From a virus: 64,000 bases of DNA. Below are positions 47,424 to 55,525 of this stretch, piece after piece. The stretch lies in IMG/VR virus record IMGVR_UViG_3300028833_000010, one strand, 5' to 3'. The notes beneath the pieces were generated by a model, which did no database searches, was not told the origin of the DNA, and was given only the letters and a program-made list of their open reading frames with translations. The first letter of the stretch is position 1. Each line of letters opens with the position of its first letter. The position numbers and the translations under genes were made by a program.

Positions 47424-47852
47424 ATGGATAAGACAAGAAACTTATCAGTAGCAGAATACTTCTCTGTGATACAGAAAGAGTATTTGATTGCTGAATTTAG
47501 AAAAAAGATATATTACAACCCAAAAGATAAGGCATATTATCAAAGGGTAATGACGCACAAAGCTAAGAAGATAAACGACATTGCTAAACGCAATCGTTTA
47601 GATAGTATTCTGAATAATTCCAGTAAGTTAGAAGAGGTGAGAAGCGAGCTGTTTGATAAACTTGGTAAACCTAAGTTTGAATTAAATGAGCTTGATGTTA
47701 AAAATTATTACGCCATTGGTAATGAGTTTTCGTTCAGGGGAGGTATATGGATTTTGGACCAAGTTAAGTCCGATGGAACATTGACGCTTTATTCTGCAAA
47801 GCTACAAGAATACGAAGATGTTAATAAAGATGACGTATGTCGGATATTGTAG
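47424..47852 (+). CDS. hypothetical protein
   Basis: The ATG at 47424 is preferred. The listed 47415 is a GTG overlapping the primase stop. Confidence 0.45.
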   Translation: MDKTRNLSVAEYFSVIQKEYLIAEFRKKIYYNPKDKAYYQRVMTHKAKKINDIAKRNRLDSILNNSSKLEEVRSELFDKLGKPKFELNELDVKNYYAIGNEFSFRGGIWILDQVKSDGTLTLYSAKLQEYEDVNKDDVCRIL

Positions 47853-47884
47853 AAAATATAATTTGTTATTTATCTAATAAATCA

Positions 47885-47960
47885 TTGGGTTTGTCTGGGG
47901 TTTTGATTAATAAAAGTTAAACCTTTAGACAAACCCAAAATTTCTTCCTTTTTTATTTTG
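47885..47960 (+). terminator. long-loop hairpin plus T-tract (terminator or attenuator)
   Basis: 12-bp perfect stem TTGGGTTTGTCT (47885-47896) / AGACAAACCCAA (47927-47938), 30-nt loop, then AAAATTTCTTCCTTTTTTATTTT. Confidence 0.55.
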
Positions 47961-48004
47961 CCGATACAAAAATACTTCTTATCTTCGTATCGGAATTGTA
48001 AATC

Positions 48005-48014
48005 AAATCGTAAA
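48005..48014 (+). promoter_or_regulatory. AAATCGTAAA box, copy 2
   Basis: Exact 10-mer, 5 nt upstream of the ATG at 48020, preceded by the variant GAATTGTAAA at 47993. Confidence 0.4.
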
Positions 48015-48019
48015 TCGCA

Positions 48020-48664
48020 ATGGGACAAAAGATGAAAATGTCAGAAAAACTCTATTATAGATATGAATATCTTGCGAAGAAGTACGCATCTAAGATATTC
48101 TCATATGAAGAACTGTCCTTTGAATTTGAGGACTTGGTTCAGGAGTTTCGCTTGAAAATCTTTACTTCCATAAAATCATACGGCAAGAGATGGGCCAAAT
48201 ATCGGAGAAACGAAGCATCAAAGCCAGTACCAATCCGATTTTATTTAGAAGCTGCTTGTTCAAACAAGTCCAGAGATTTTATGAAGTATATAAACAGAGA
48301 GAGCTACAAAACCAGAATTGATGAAATCAATTTTGATTATGGCATCGAAGAAGATACACAAATTTCTCCTGAATCAAACAAGTTTGTACTTAATGGAGTA
48401 GATTTGTTAGAAGGATTGACGGGCAAAGAAAGAGTTATATTTTCACTTTTCTTGCGAGGTTACAATACAAAAATTCTTAACAAAGTTTATTTTAACAACG
48501 AGTCAGAGAAACGAGCAAGAAAGGAAATCTTGGACAATGATGATGAACCAATTGGAGTAGCAGATATAATAAATTTGCAAAAAAGTTACCTGATTCAGAA
48601 ATATGGTAACGAATTGCTACAACAAAAAAAAGTATTTTCAACTTACAGTTTCGATGAAGAGTAA
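48020..48664 (+). CDS. sigma-70-family-like (ECF-size) transcription factor
   Basis: Region-2-like 'FEDLVQEFRLKIFTSIKSY'. Region-4/LuxR-like HTH 'LTGKERVIFSLFLRGYNTKILNKV'. Confidence 0.5.
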   Translation: MGQKMKMSEKLYYRYEYLAKKYASKIFSYEELSFEFEDLVQEFRLKIFTSIKSYGKRWAKYRRNEASKPVPIRFYLEAACSNKSRDFMKYINRESYKTRIDEINFDYGIEEDTQISPESNKFVLNGVDLLEGLTGKERVIFSLFLRGYNTKILNKVYFNNESEKRARKEILDNDDEPIGVADIINLQKSYLIQKYGNELLQQKKVFSTYSFDEE

Positions 48665-48694
48665 TAAACAATTTAACAAAAATAGTAATCATTA

Positions 48695-48704
48695 AAATCG
48701 TAAA
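48695..48704 (+). promoter_or_regulatory. AAATCGTAAA box, copy 3
   Basis: Exact 10-mer, 3 nt upstream of the ATG at 48708. Confidence 0.4.
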
Positions 48705-48707
48705 ACA

Positions 48708-49943
48708 ATGGCAACGAAAATGAATGCAGCAACAGAAAAAAGAGTGAAGGCATTAAAGATTAATGCAAAGAACGAAGAAGAAGCACGTGAAAAACTTCTT
48801 GAAATCTTGGTAGAAAACGGAATTGAAGGCATGGAGGAAGAGGAAACAGACACCCTTCTGGACATTGCTGAATCCTTCGTAGAAGACAACAACTCAGGCG
48901 ATGATGAAAAGACCGAAGAGGAAGAAAACGATGAACTTGCCGATGAAGTTGAAGAAGAGGAGGATGAAAAACCGAAGAAACCTGCCAAAAAGGCTTCTAA
49001 GAAAGTTGAAGAGCCTGAAGATGAGGAGGAAGAGGAAGAAGAGCCTGAAGATGAGGAGGAAGAGGAGCCTGAGGATGAAGAGGAAGAAGCTGATGAGTTC
49101 ACAGAAATGGACAGAACAGAGCTGAAAGCCTACATCAAGGACAACGAGTTGGACATCACTGTTAAGAAGTCTATGACTGACGATGATATTCGTGACCTTA
49201 TTCGTGCTGAAGTTGGAGAAGAAAAGGAAGAGGAAGAGAAGCCTGCTCCTAAGTCAAAGGCAAGTACGAAAACCTCTGAAAAAGTAGCTCCGAAGAAAGA
49301 GGATAAGAAAGCTGCCACTGCTAAGAAGGCTGAGAAGAAGGAAACGAAACCTACTGCCGGCAAACGTGGAACGAAACTTGACCCTAAAAACAATGAAGAT
49401 GACCGCAAAGCGTTCGCACCATTGAAGAAGTTGTTCCCTGAAAGTGAGTACGCATATGCTTGGGTAGCGAGTGCGGGTGTAACTATCAAACATAAGGGCA
49501 AAAACTCTCAGCGTTCTATGGTTCTTATTGAGAACTGTTCAAAACAGGATGACGGCTCTATCAAGTGTAACTTGTATCTGTTAACCTTCACGAAACAGAC
49601 CGAAGTGCTGGACAAAGCAGGTATTGATTACGAGCCTTGCTGGAGTGGAGCACCGCTTATTAAGGGCATTACTCTTTCTGAAGCTATTGAAATCATTACT
49701 GAACTCATGGAATATATTACGACAACTGTTCAGAAAATCGACAAGAAGCTGGGTGAAAACCGCAAGAAGATGGAAGAGAACTTGACCAAAAAGGCTTCTA
49801 AGAAAGTTGAAGAGCCTGAAGATGAGGAGGAAGAGGAAGAAGAGCCTGAAGAGGAGGAGGAAGAAGAGGATGAAGCACCAGCTCCAAAAAAGAAAGTTGC
49901 TTCAAAATCAGCTCCTGCTAAAAAGACTACCAAGAAGAAATAA
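48708..49943 (+). CDS. poly-acidic / lysine-rich protein with a HeH (Rho_N/SAP-like) module
   Basis: Long E/D runs, an AKK-rich histone-H1-like tract 'KKEDKKAATAKKAEKKETKPTAGKRG', and 'MDRTELKAYIKDNELDITVKKSMTDDDIRDLIR'. Contains a 67-nt exact internal direct repeat. Confidence 0.5.
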   Translation: MATKMNAATEKRVKALKINAKNEEEAREKLLEILVENGIEGMEEEETDTLLDIAESFVEDNNSGDDEKTEEEENDELADEVEEEEDEKPKKPAKKASKKVEEPEDEEEEEEEPEDEEEEEPEDEEEEADEFTEMDRTELKAYIKDNELDITVKKSMTDDDIRDLIRAEVGEEKEEEEKPAPKSKASTKTSEKVAPKKEDKKAATAKKAEKKETKPTAGKRGTKLDPKNNEDDRKAFAPLKKLFPESEYAYAWVASAGVTIKHKGKNSQRSMVLIENCSKQDDGSIKCNLYLLTFTKQTEVLDKAGIDYEPCWSGAPLIKGITLSEAIEIITELMEYITTTVQKIDKKLGENRKKMEENLTKKASKKVEEPEDEEEEEEEPEEEEEEEDEAPAPKKKVASKSAPAKKTTKKK

Positions 49944-49967
49944 ACCTGATTGGTAATCAATAGAGAA

Positions 49968-50003
49968 GAAGGAGAGCATGTTGAGTGTTCTCCTTTCTTT
50001 TTA
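49968..50003 (+). terminator. intrinsic terminator
   Basis: AAGGAGAGCA-TGTTGAG-TGTTCTCCTT (one G-U pair) followed by TCTTTTT. Confidence 0.65.
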
Positions 50004-50056
50004 TACAAAGTTTATAATGGAGAACGATAATAATAAAATTCAAATAAATAATTGAT

Positions 50057-51298
50057 ATGAGTATTCCGAGTAACAATGTTTACGTTCCTGAGTTAGGAGT
50101 AGCAAAAACAGACACCTTTGCAGCGTTGTACCCTGCTATAAATTACTACCTGTTCACCCAGAAGGACTACGAGCCGAGCCGTGATGGAGAGGTTAAGGAG
50201 GTGCTTGATTTTAAGACGCAGTTGACCAATCCTTATCGTAGATGTGTAGGTGGTTATGAGCGTGATATAAATGTGTTCTTTTTGTTGGCTGAAGCGATGT
50301 GGATAGCAATGGGAAGGAAAGATGTTCATTTCTTGACTTTGTTCAATAAGAAGATGGCAGACTTTTCAGATGACGGGGAAACATTCCACGCTCCTTATGG
50401 TTATCGGTTACGTCATTGGGGCATTCGTACAGAAGATAAGTTTGTAAAAGATAATTTGGATGCAAGTAAGGGGTATGACCAAGTGATAGATGCTATCAAG
50501 ATATTATCTGAAAATCCAAACAGTCGTCAGGTAGTTATGGAGATTTGGAATCCAAACTTTGACTTGGGATACAAAACTAAAGATATTCCATGTAATGATA
50601 TAGTGATGTTGAAAATACGAGAAGGAAAGCTCATCACTACTATCGGAAACCGAAGCAATGACCTTCATTGGGGATTGCCAACAAACATATTCCAATTCAG
50701 CTTTTTGACTGAGCTTATAGCAGGAGCATTGGGAGTAAAACTTGGAACACAAACTCATAATTCTCAAAGTCTGCATATATACGAGTGGAATAAGATTGCT
50801 AAAACAATGAGCGACTTGTATGTTGAACAAAAAGGCGGTGGTTCTGTTATCGGGAATATGTATGATGATTGCGGTGCTCAAGAGCGTAGAATAGATTTCA
50901 ACTTCAGCCATGAAGTAGCCGTCAATCGTTTCCGTGAAATTGAATACAATCTTCAAATCATTATTGATAACCTCATACGAGTATCAGAGGGAGAAGAGCC
51001 GATTGAGGCTGAAATCCAGCAGTTAGCAAACTTTTCTAACTATCTGTATAACTCTTATCTACTTTTGAAGATATATTTGGAATACAAGCTGAAAATGACT
51101 ATTCTCAAAACTCCTGACGAGAAAGATGTAGCACGTCATACCGCTATTTCTGAAATTGAAGTCTTGGAAGCTCATATGGAGGATAATAGCGGAACAGGAG
51201 TAATGGGCTACAATTGGGATATATCTATGCTTGCAAAGAACTTCTTTGCCGCAAGGTTATCTAAAAAAGTGGAACATGAATATCTTGGTAAGCTATGA
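50057..51298 (+). CDS. divergent ThyA-family pyrimidine C5-transferase (thymidylate synthase or dUMP hydroxymethylase-like)
   Basis: By-eye alignment to E. coli ThyA: 'NPNSRQVVMEIWNP', catalytic Cys in 'DIPCND', 'NRSNDLHWGLPTNIFQF', 'SLHIYEWN'. It has a ~120-aa C-terminal extension and lacks the IWDEWA-type Trp segment. Confidence 0.7.
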   Translation: MSIPSNNVYVPELGVAKTDTFAALYPAINYYLFTQKDYEPSRDGEVKEVLDFKTQLTNPYRRCVGGYERDINVFFLLAEAMWIAMGRKDVHFLTLFNKKMADFSDDGETFHAPYGYRLRHWGIRTEDKFVKDNLDASKGYDQVIDAIKILSENPNSRQVVMEIWNPNFDLGYKTKDIPCNDIVMLKIREGKLITTIGNRSNDLHWGLPTNIFQFSFLTELIAGALGVKLGTQTHNSQSLHIYEWNKIAKTMSDLYVEQKGGGSVIGNMYDDCGAQERRIDFNFSHEVAVNRFREIEYNLQIIIDNLIRVSEGEEPIEAEIQQLANFSNYLYNSYLLLKIYLEYKLKMTILKTPDEKDVARHTAISEIEVLEAHMEDNSGTGVMGYNWDISMLAKNFFAARLSKKVEHEYLGKL

Positions 51299-54200
51299 CA
51301 GAAACATTAGCAAAGTGGTTAGAAGAGAACAAGATGACAGTATCGGAGTCAGAATTGGATGGCTCCGATATTATTACCATAGATGAGATTGGTACATTTC
51401 TTTATCTTCAACCATTTGATGGTAAAATAATTGATGAAGATTTTGCCTTTATCCTTTCAGACGAGGAGTTTGATGTATTGGATGAAAAGAAGGTAAACTA
51501 CATATTATTTGAATTTGGAGGCAAATTCTATTATTCAGGCATTAAGAAAGATAAAAATCGTTACAATGAATTAGTATTCAAACCAGAGTTCAATGATTTC
51601 AAATATCTGGGTAAAACGAGCGAGCCGAAAGTCATGGACTTCGTGCACTTGGGAGTACATTCGGAATATGAAATTATGAACGGCTCAGGCTCCTGTGAGC
51701 TTTGGGCGAAGAAGGCAAGTTTTATGGAATGTAAGGCAGTTGGTATTTGCGACAAGAATACCTTGGCTGGAGTTCTTTCGTTTCAGACCGCTTGCGAAAA
51801 AAAGAAAATCAAATCAATAATTGGAGAAACTGTTACAGTAGCAGTTAATTACTCAGAAGATAAACAGAATCAAGAAACCTTTGAACTGAAGTTCTTTGTT
51901 TTGAACTACGAAGGTTGGAAGAATTTACTGCTCATCAATAAAGCTATAAATGTAGATTACAATGGTTTCATTCCTGATACGCTTCTTTATACGCTAGGTA
52001 AAGGACTTTGCTGCGTAGTGCCGAAGGAGAGTGAATTTAACTATGTAAAAGACGATAAGAAGGCTGCTGTAAAACTTATAGCAAAATACAAGAAAGTATT
52101 TGACAAAGTGTTCTATCAGATAGACACAGTTGAGTATGTTTCGCAACAACTATTCAGAAGACATCTTGAGAACATAGACACATATCTTTGTAATTATCGA
52201 AAGATGTTGAAACCTATCTTGATAAATGACTCCTATTATCTTGATGAGGAAGAAAGTGGGTTGAAGTCAATTCTCAATAAAGTAAACAACAAGGCTACAC
52301 CAGAGTCAAATAACCAATACTTCAAGAGTGTAGCAGATACTATAAACTCTTATGAAGAATGGATTGATAACGTAGAGCCATTGTTTGAGGCAATTGTAAC
52401 TGGTATAGAGAATGCTTCAAAGCTATCTGACTCCATAGACTTTCGGATAAATACAGGAGTGCGTAAACTGCCTCATTTTGAGGTTAAGGATGTTGAAGGT
52501 AAATTCTTTGAGGAGTTGGAGAAAGGCATCAATGAACGTCTTGGACACCTAAAACCGAAAGAGATGAATAAGTACATGAAGCAAATTGAAACCGAGTGTG
52601 CTGTAATAGTTCCGAATGGTTTGTGTGATTATTTCATGATACTTTGGGATATTATTAAATGGTGTCACGATAATGATATCAATGTGGGAACTGGACGTGG
52701 TTCAGTTTGCGGTAGTCTTGTTGCTTATTGTTTACATATTACTGAAGTTGACCCATTGAAATATGGATTGATGTTTGAGCGTTTCTTGAATGAAACACGT
52801 GTATCGGGAGAGCGTGCGAAGTCTGCTGACTCTATGCCTGATATTGACGTTGATTTTCCAACCGAGTTCCGTGATGCAGTTAAGGAGTATATCAAAAACA
52901 AATACGGATATGCCTACACATGTAGCATAGGAACGTACACACGAATGAAGCTCAAAACTTGTATTAAAGACTTTGGAAAGGTTAAGGGACTTTCGTTTGA
53001 TTTAACAAACAAACTTACTAAGGATATTGACGACCAGATTGAATACACTTGGGGAGACTTGATTGAATACGCTTCAAAATCAAAACTTCTTTTCAAATTC
53101 GTTCAAGAAAACCCAGAGCTAGTTCATTTGACTAAATATGCCTTGCTACAGCCGAAAGCGGAGAGTGTTCACCCTTCTGCTGTTGTTATAGTGCCGAAGC
53201 ATAGAGTTGATGGTAGCAATGCCGAAATTGACTTATGGGAGTGGATGCCCGTCAAGAAGATTGATGGAGTATTAGTATCTGAGTGGGAAGGTAAATACAT
53301 TGACAAATCAGGCTTCTTGAAGGAGGATATTCTTGGACTATCTCAACTTGATAAGTTTAAGAGTATCTTGACTTTGATAAAGAAAAACACTGGCAAGAAC
53401 ATAGATTTAAACAAGATACCATTGGATGATGAAGCAACATTTCGATACTTCAAAAGAGGGTGGAATGAGGATGTGTTTCAGTTCGGTACCACTGGGCTGA
53501 TGAACTATTGCCGACAGGTGAAACCTGATACGCTTGAAAACCTTGTGGCGATGTCGGCTCTTTTCAGACCTGGTCCAATGGAAATGAATGCTCATCAGGA
53601 TTTTTGCGATATCAAAAATGGCAAGAAAAAACCAACCTATGATTTTGGAATGGAAAACATAACTCACGAGACTTTTGGGTTGTATGTTTATCAGGAACAA
53701 ATCATGAAAGCGGTTGTAGTAGGAGGATTGACCGAAGTGGAATCAGATGTACTGCGTACTACCATTAAAAAGAAAGACATCAAAACTCTAAGTTCATTTG
53801 GCGAAAAATTCAAGATTGGCTATACAAAGTTGCTTGAAAAGAATGGTATTGAGAAACCGAAGGAATATGCTGAACGTGTTTGGGATAAACTTCTTGCCTT
53901 CTCTGGTTATGGTTTCAACAAGTCTCACGCTGTTGCTTACTCTTTAATATCTTATTGGAGTCAATGGTTGAAAGTGAACTATCCATTAGAGTTTTGGACA
54001 ACGGCTCTTCAATTCTCCAAAGAGGGTGAAGTGCCATACCGACTTGCCGAGTTGAAGAAAACAGGAGTTGATGTTGAGATACGTCCACCTGATGTTAATT
54101 TCTCTGATATAAATTTCACGTGTGACTCGAAAGAACAGCGTATCTTCTTTAGCTTGACAAAAATTAAAGGTGTAGGAGAGGTAGCAGTTCAGAATATCAT

Positions 54201-54846
54201 GAATACAAGACGTGAGGGTGGGCAATTCTATTCGTTGGAAGAGTTCCTGAGTAGAGTACCTTCAAAAGTGAATAAAACTGTTGTAAAATGCCTTATAATT
54301 GCTGGAGCATTCGACCTTATTGAAGACATCAAAAATCCAAGAGACAGAAAGAAACTACTGGAGAAGTATCTTGATATGAATGGTGATACTTTATCAGAGG
54401 AGTACTCAACGCCAGATAGTAATTCAAATGCTTTTTGGATTTTGGAGCAAAAACGTCTTACTGGTTTTGGAGAGGTTGATTATGAGAACATGATAAGGGA
54501 TGCTATACCAAATAAGCGAATTGCTAACATATTCGTTAATGAAGTAGAGTTCTTGGCTGCTAATGAGAAGAAAGAAGTTGCTATTGCCGGCAAACTTATA
54601 ACTTACAGGGAAAAAGACATTAAGACAGGAACAATGTGTACTCTGAATATAGATTGCAATAATACGATTATACCAGTACTCATGTGGCCAGATGCTTATG
54701 AGAAGATAGGAGAGAATATTGCTGATATAAAGGGGTGTGTTGTAGCTATAAGCGGTACTGTTGAGAAAGATACTTGGAAAAACGAAAAGAAATTGTTTAG
54801 TAACAACAAAACAAAGTTATATGTATTGTCTGACCATAAAAACTAA
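51295..54846 (+). CDS. dnaE: DNA polymerase III alpha subunit (DnaE-type, PHP domain)
   Basis: 'FVHLGVHSEYEIMNGS' (PHP H-x-H), 'GTGRGSVCGSLVAYCLHITEVDPL', 'MFERFLNETRVS..MPDIDVDF', 'GYGFNKSHAVAYS'. 1183 aa. Confidence 0.95.
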   Translation: MTETLAKWLEENKMTVSESELDGSDIITIDEIGTFLYLQPFDGKIIDEDFAFILSDEEFDVLDEKKVNYILFEFGGKFYYSGIKKDKNRYNELVFKPEFNDFKYLGKTSEPKVMDFVHLGVHSEYEIMNGSGSCELWAKKASFMECKAVGICDKNTLAGVLSFQTACEKKKIKSIIGETVTVAVNYSEDKQNQETFELKFFVLNYEGWKNLLLINKAINVDYNGFIPDTLLYTLGKGLCCVVPKESEFNYVKDDKKAAVKLIAKYKKVFDKVFYQIDTVEYVSQQLFRRHLENIDTYLCNYRKMLKPILINDSYYLDEEESGLKSILNKVNNKATPESNNQYFKSVADTINSYEEWIDNVEPLFEAIVTGIENASKLSDSIDFRINTGVRKLPHFEVKDVEGKFFEELEKGINERLGHLKPKEMNKYMKQIETECAVIVPNGLCDYFMILWDIIKWCHDNDINVGTGRGSVCGSLVAYCLHITEVDPLKYGLMFERFLNETRVSGERAKSADSMPDIDVDFPTEFRDAVKEYIKNKYGYAYTCSIGTYTRMKLKTCIKDFGKVKGLSFDLTNKLTKDIDDQIEYTWGDLIEYASKSKLLFKFVQENPELVHLTKYALLQPKAESVHPSAVVIVPKHRVDGSNAEIDLWEWMPVKKIDGVLVSEWEGKYIDKSGFLKEDILGLSQLDKFKSILTLIKKNTGKNIDLNKIPLDDEATFRYFKRGWNEDVFQFGTTGLMNYCRQVKPDTLENLVAMSALFRPGPMEMNAHQDFCDIKNGKKKPTYDFGMENITHETFGLYVYQEQIMKAVVVGGLTEVESDVLRTTIKKKDIKTLSSFGEKFKIGYTKLLEKNGIEKPKEYAERVWDKLLAFSGYGFNKSHAVAYSLISYWSQWLKVNYPLEFWTTALQFSKEGEVPYRLAELKKTGVDVEIRPPDVNFSDINFTCDSKEQRIFFSLTKIKGVGEVAVQNIMNTRREGGQFYSLEEFLSRVPSKVNKTVVKCLIIAGAFDLIEDIKNPRDRKKLLEKYLDMNGDTLSEEYSTPDSNSNAFWILEQKRLTGFGEVDYENMIRDAIPNKRIANIFVNEVEFLAANEKKEVAIAGKLITYREKDIKTGTMCTLNIDCNNTIIPVLMWPDAYEKIGENIADIKGCVVAISGTVEKDTWKNEKKLFSNNKTKLYVLSDHKN

Positions 54847-54854
54847 ATCGTAAA
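54845..54854 (+). promoter_or_regulatory. AAATCGTAAA box, copy 4
   Basis: Exact 10-mer overlapping the dnaE stop codon (54844-54846), 17 nt upstream of the ATG at 54872. Confidence 0.4.
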
Positions 54855-54871
54855 TTAAAATTGATAAAATT

Positions 54872-55525
54872 ATGTTAGCGAAAATTTTCAATGGAGCTTA
54901 TCTGAAAAGGCTTGATAACATCAAGCAGTGGCAAGAAATGGACGTTTTCAAAGAGGAAAGCGTGAGTCAACATTCTTATAAAGTATCAATCTTTGGAAGG
55001 ATATTACTTGAAGATATATTTGGGTTTGATAACCAAGATGCGAAAGTATTGGCATTCAAACTTGATTGTGTAGATGCGTTTGCGTTCCACGATTGGGATG
55101 AAGCGTTGATACTCAGAGATATGTCTCATGAGACAAAGTACAATAATTATAATGGTACTGAAATCAGACAAGCTCTCAATAACCTATCAAAACATAAAGC
55201 AATTGATGAGTTCAGAGAAGATGATGGAAATAATTGCGGTAATTGTAGTGCTTCTGCTTACTTGGTTATTGGCAATATTACACGTCAAGGAGATGATGTT
55301 AAAATCTTTTGTAAACTGGTTGATTGGTTAGCTCTTATCTTCTATATGAAAAGGGAACGTGAGTTGGGTAACAAGGGACTAAGTGCTCAATGGGAGAATG
55401 GTAAAGAAGAACTGAAACAGGCTGTTACGAATGTAATTGAAATGTTGAATAGAAAGTTTGAAGGTTATTATTTGAACTTAACAGAATTAAATAACTTAAT
55501 CAAAAATGTGTATGACGAACATTAA
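54872..55525 (+). CDS. HD-domain phosphohydrolase, YfbR-like 5'-deoxynucleotidase
   Basis: 'RLDNIKQWQEM..EESVSQHSYKV...FHDWDEALILRDMSHETK' parallels YfbR 'RLKLINRWPLM..ENVSEHSLQV...YHDASEVLTGDLPTPVK' (recalled sequence). Confidence 0.6.
   Translation: MLAKIFNGAYLKRLDNIKQWQEMDVFKEESVSQHSYKVSIFGRILLEDIFGFDNQDAKVLAFKLDCVDAFAFHDWDEALILRDMSHETKYNNYNGTEIRQALNNLSKHKAIDEFREDDGNNCGNCSASAYLVIGNITRQGDDVKIFCKLVDWLALIFYMKRERELGNKGLSAQWENGKEELKQAVTNVIEMLNRKFEGYYLNLTELNNLIKNVYDEH

Noticed and set aside
48692-49102. Minus-strand ORFs encoding poly-Ser proteins (48692-49102, 49730-50008, 57206-57727, 49130-49501).
   Set aside because: They are reverse-complement shadows of GAA/GAG/GAT-rich (poly-Glu/Asp) plus-strand coding sequence. 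They have no independent start context and lie fully inside strong plus-strand genes.
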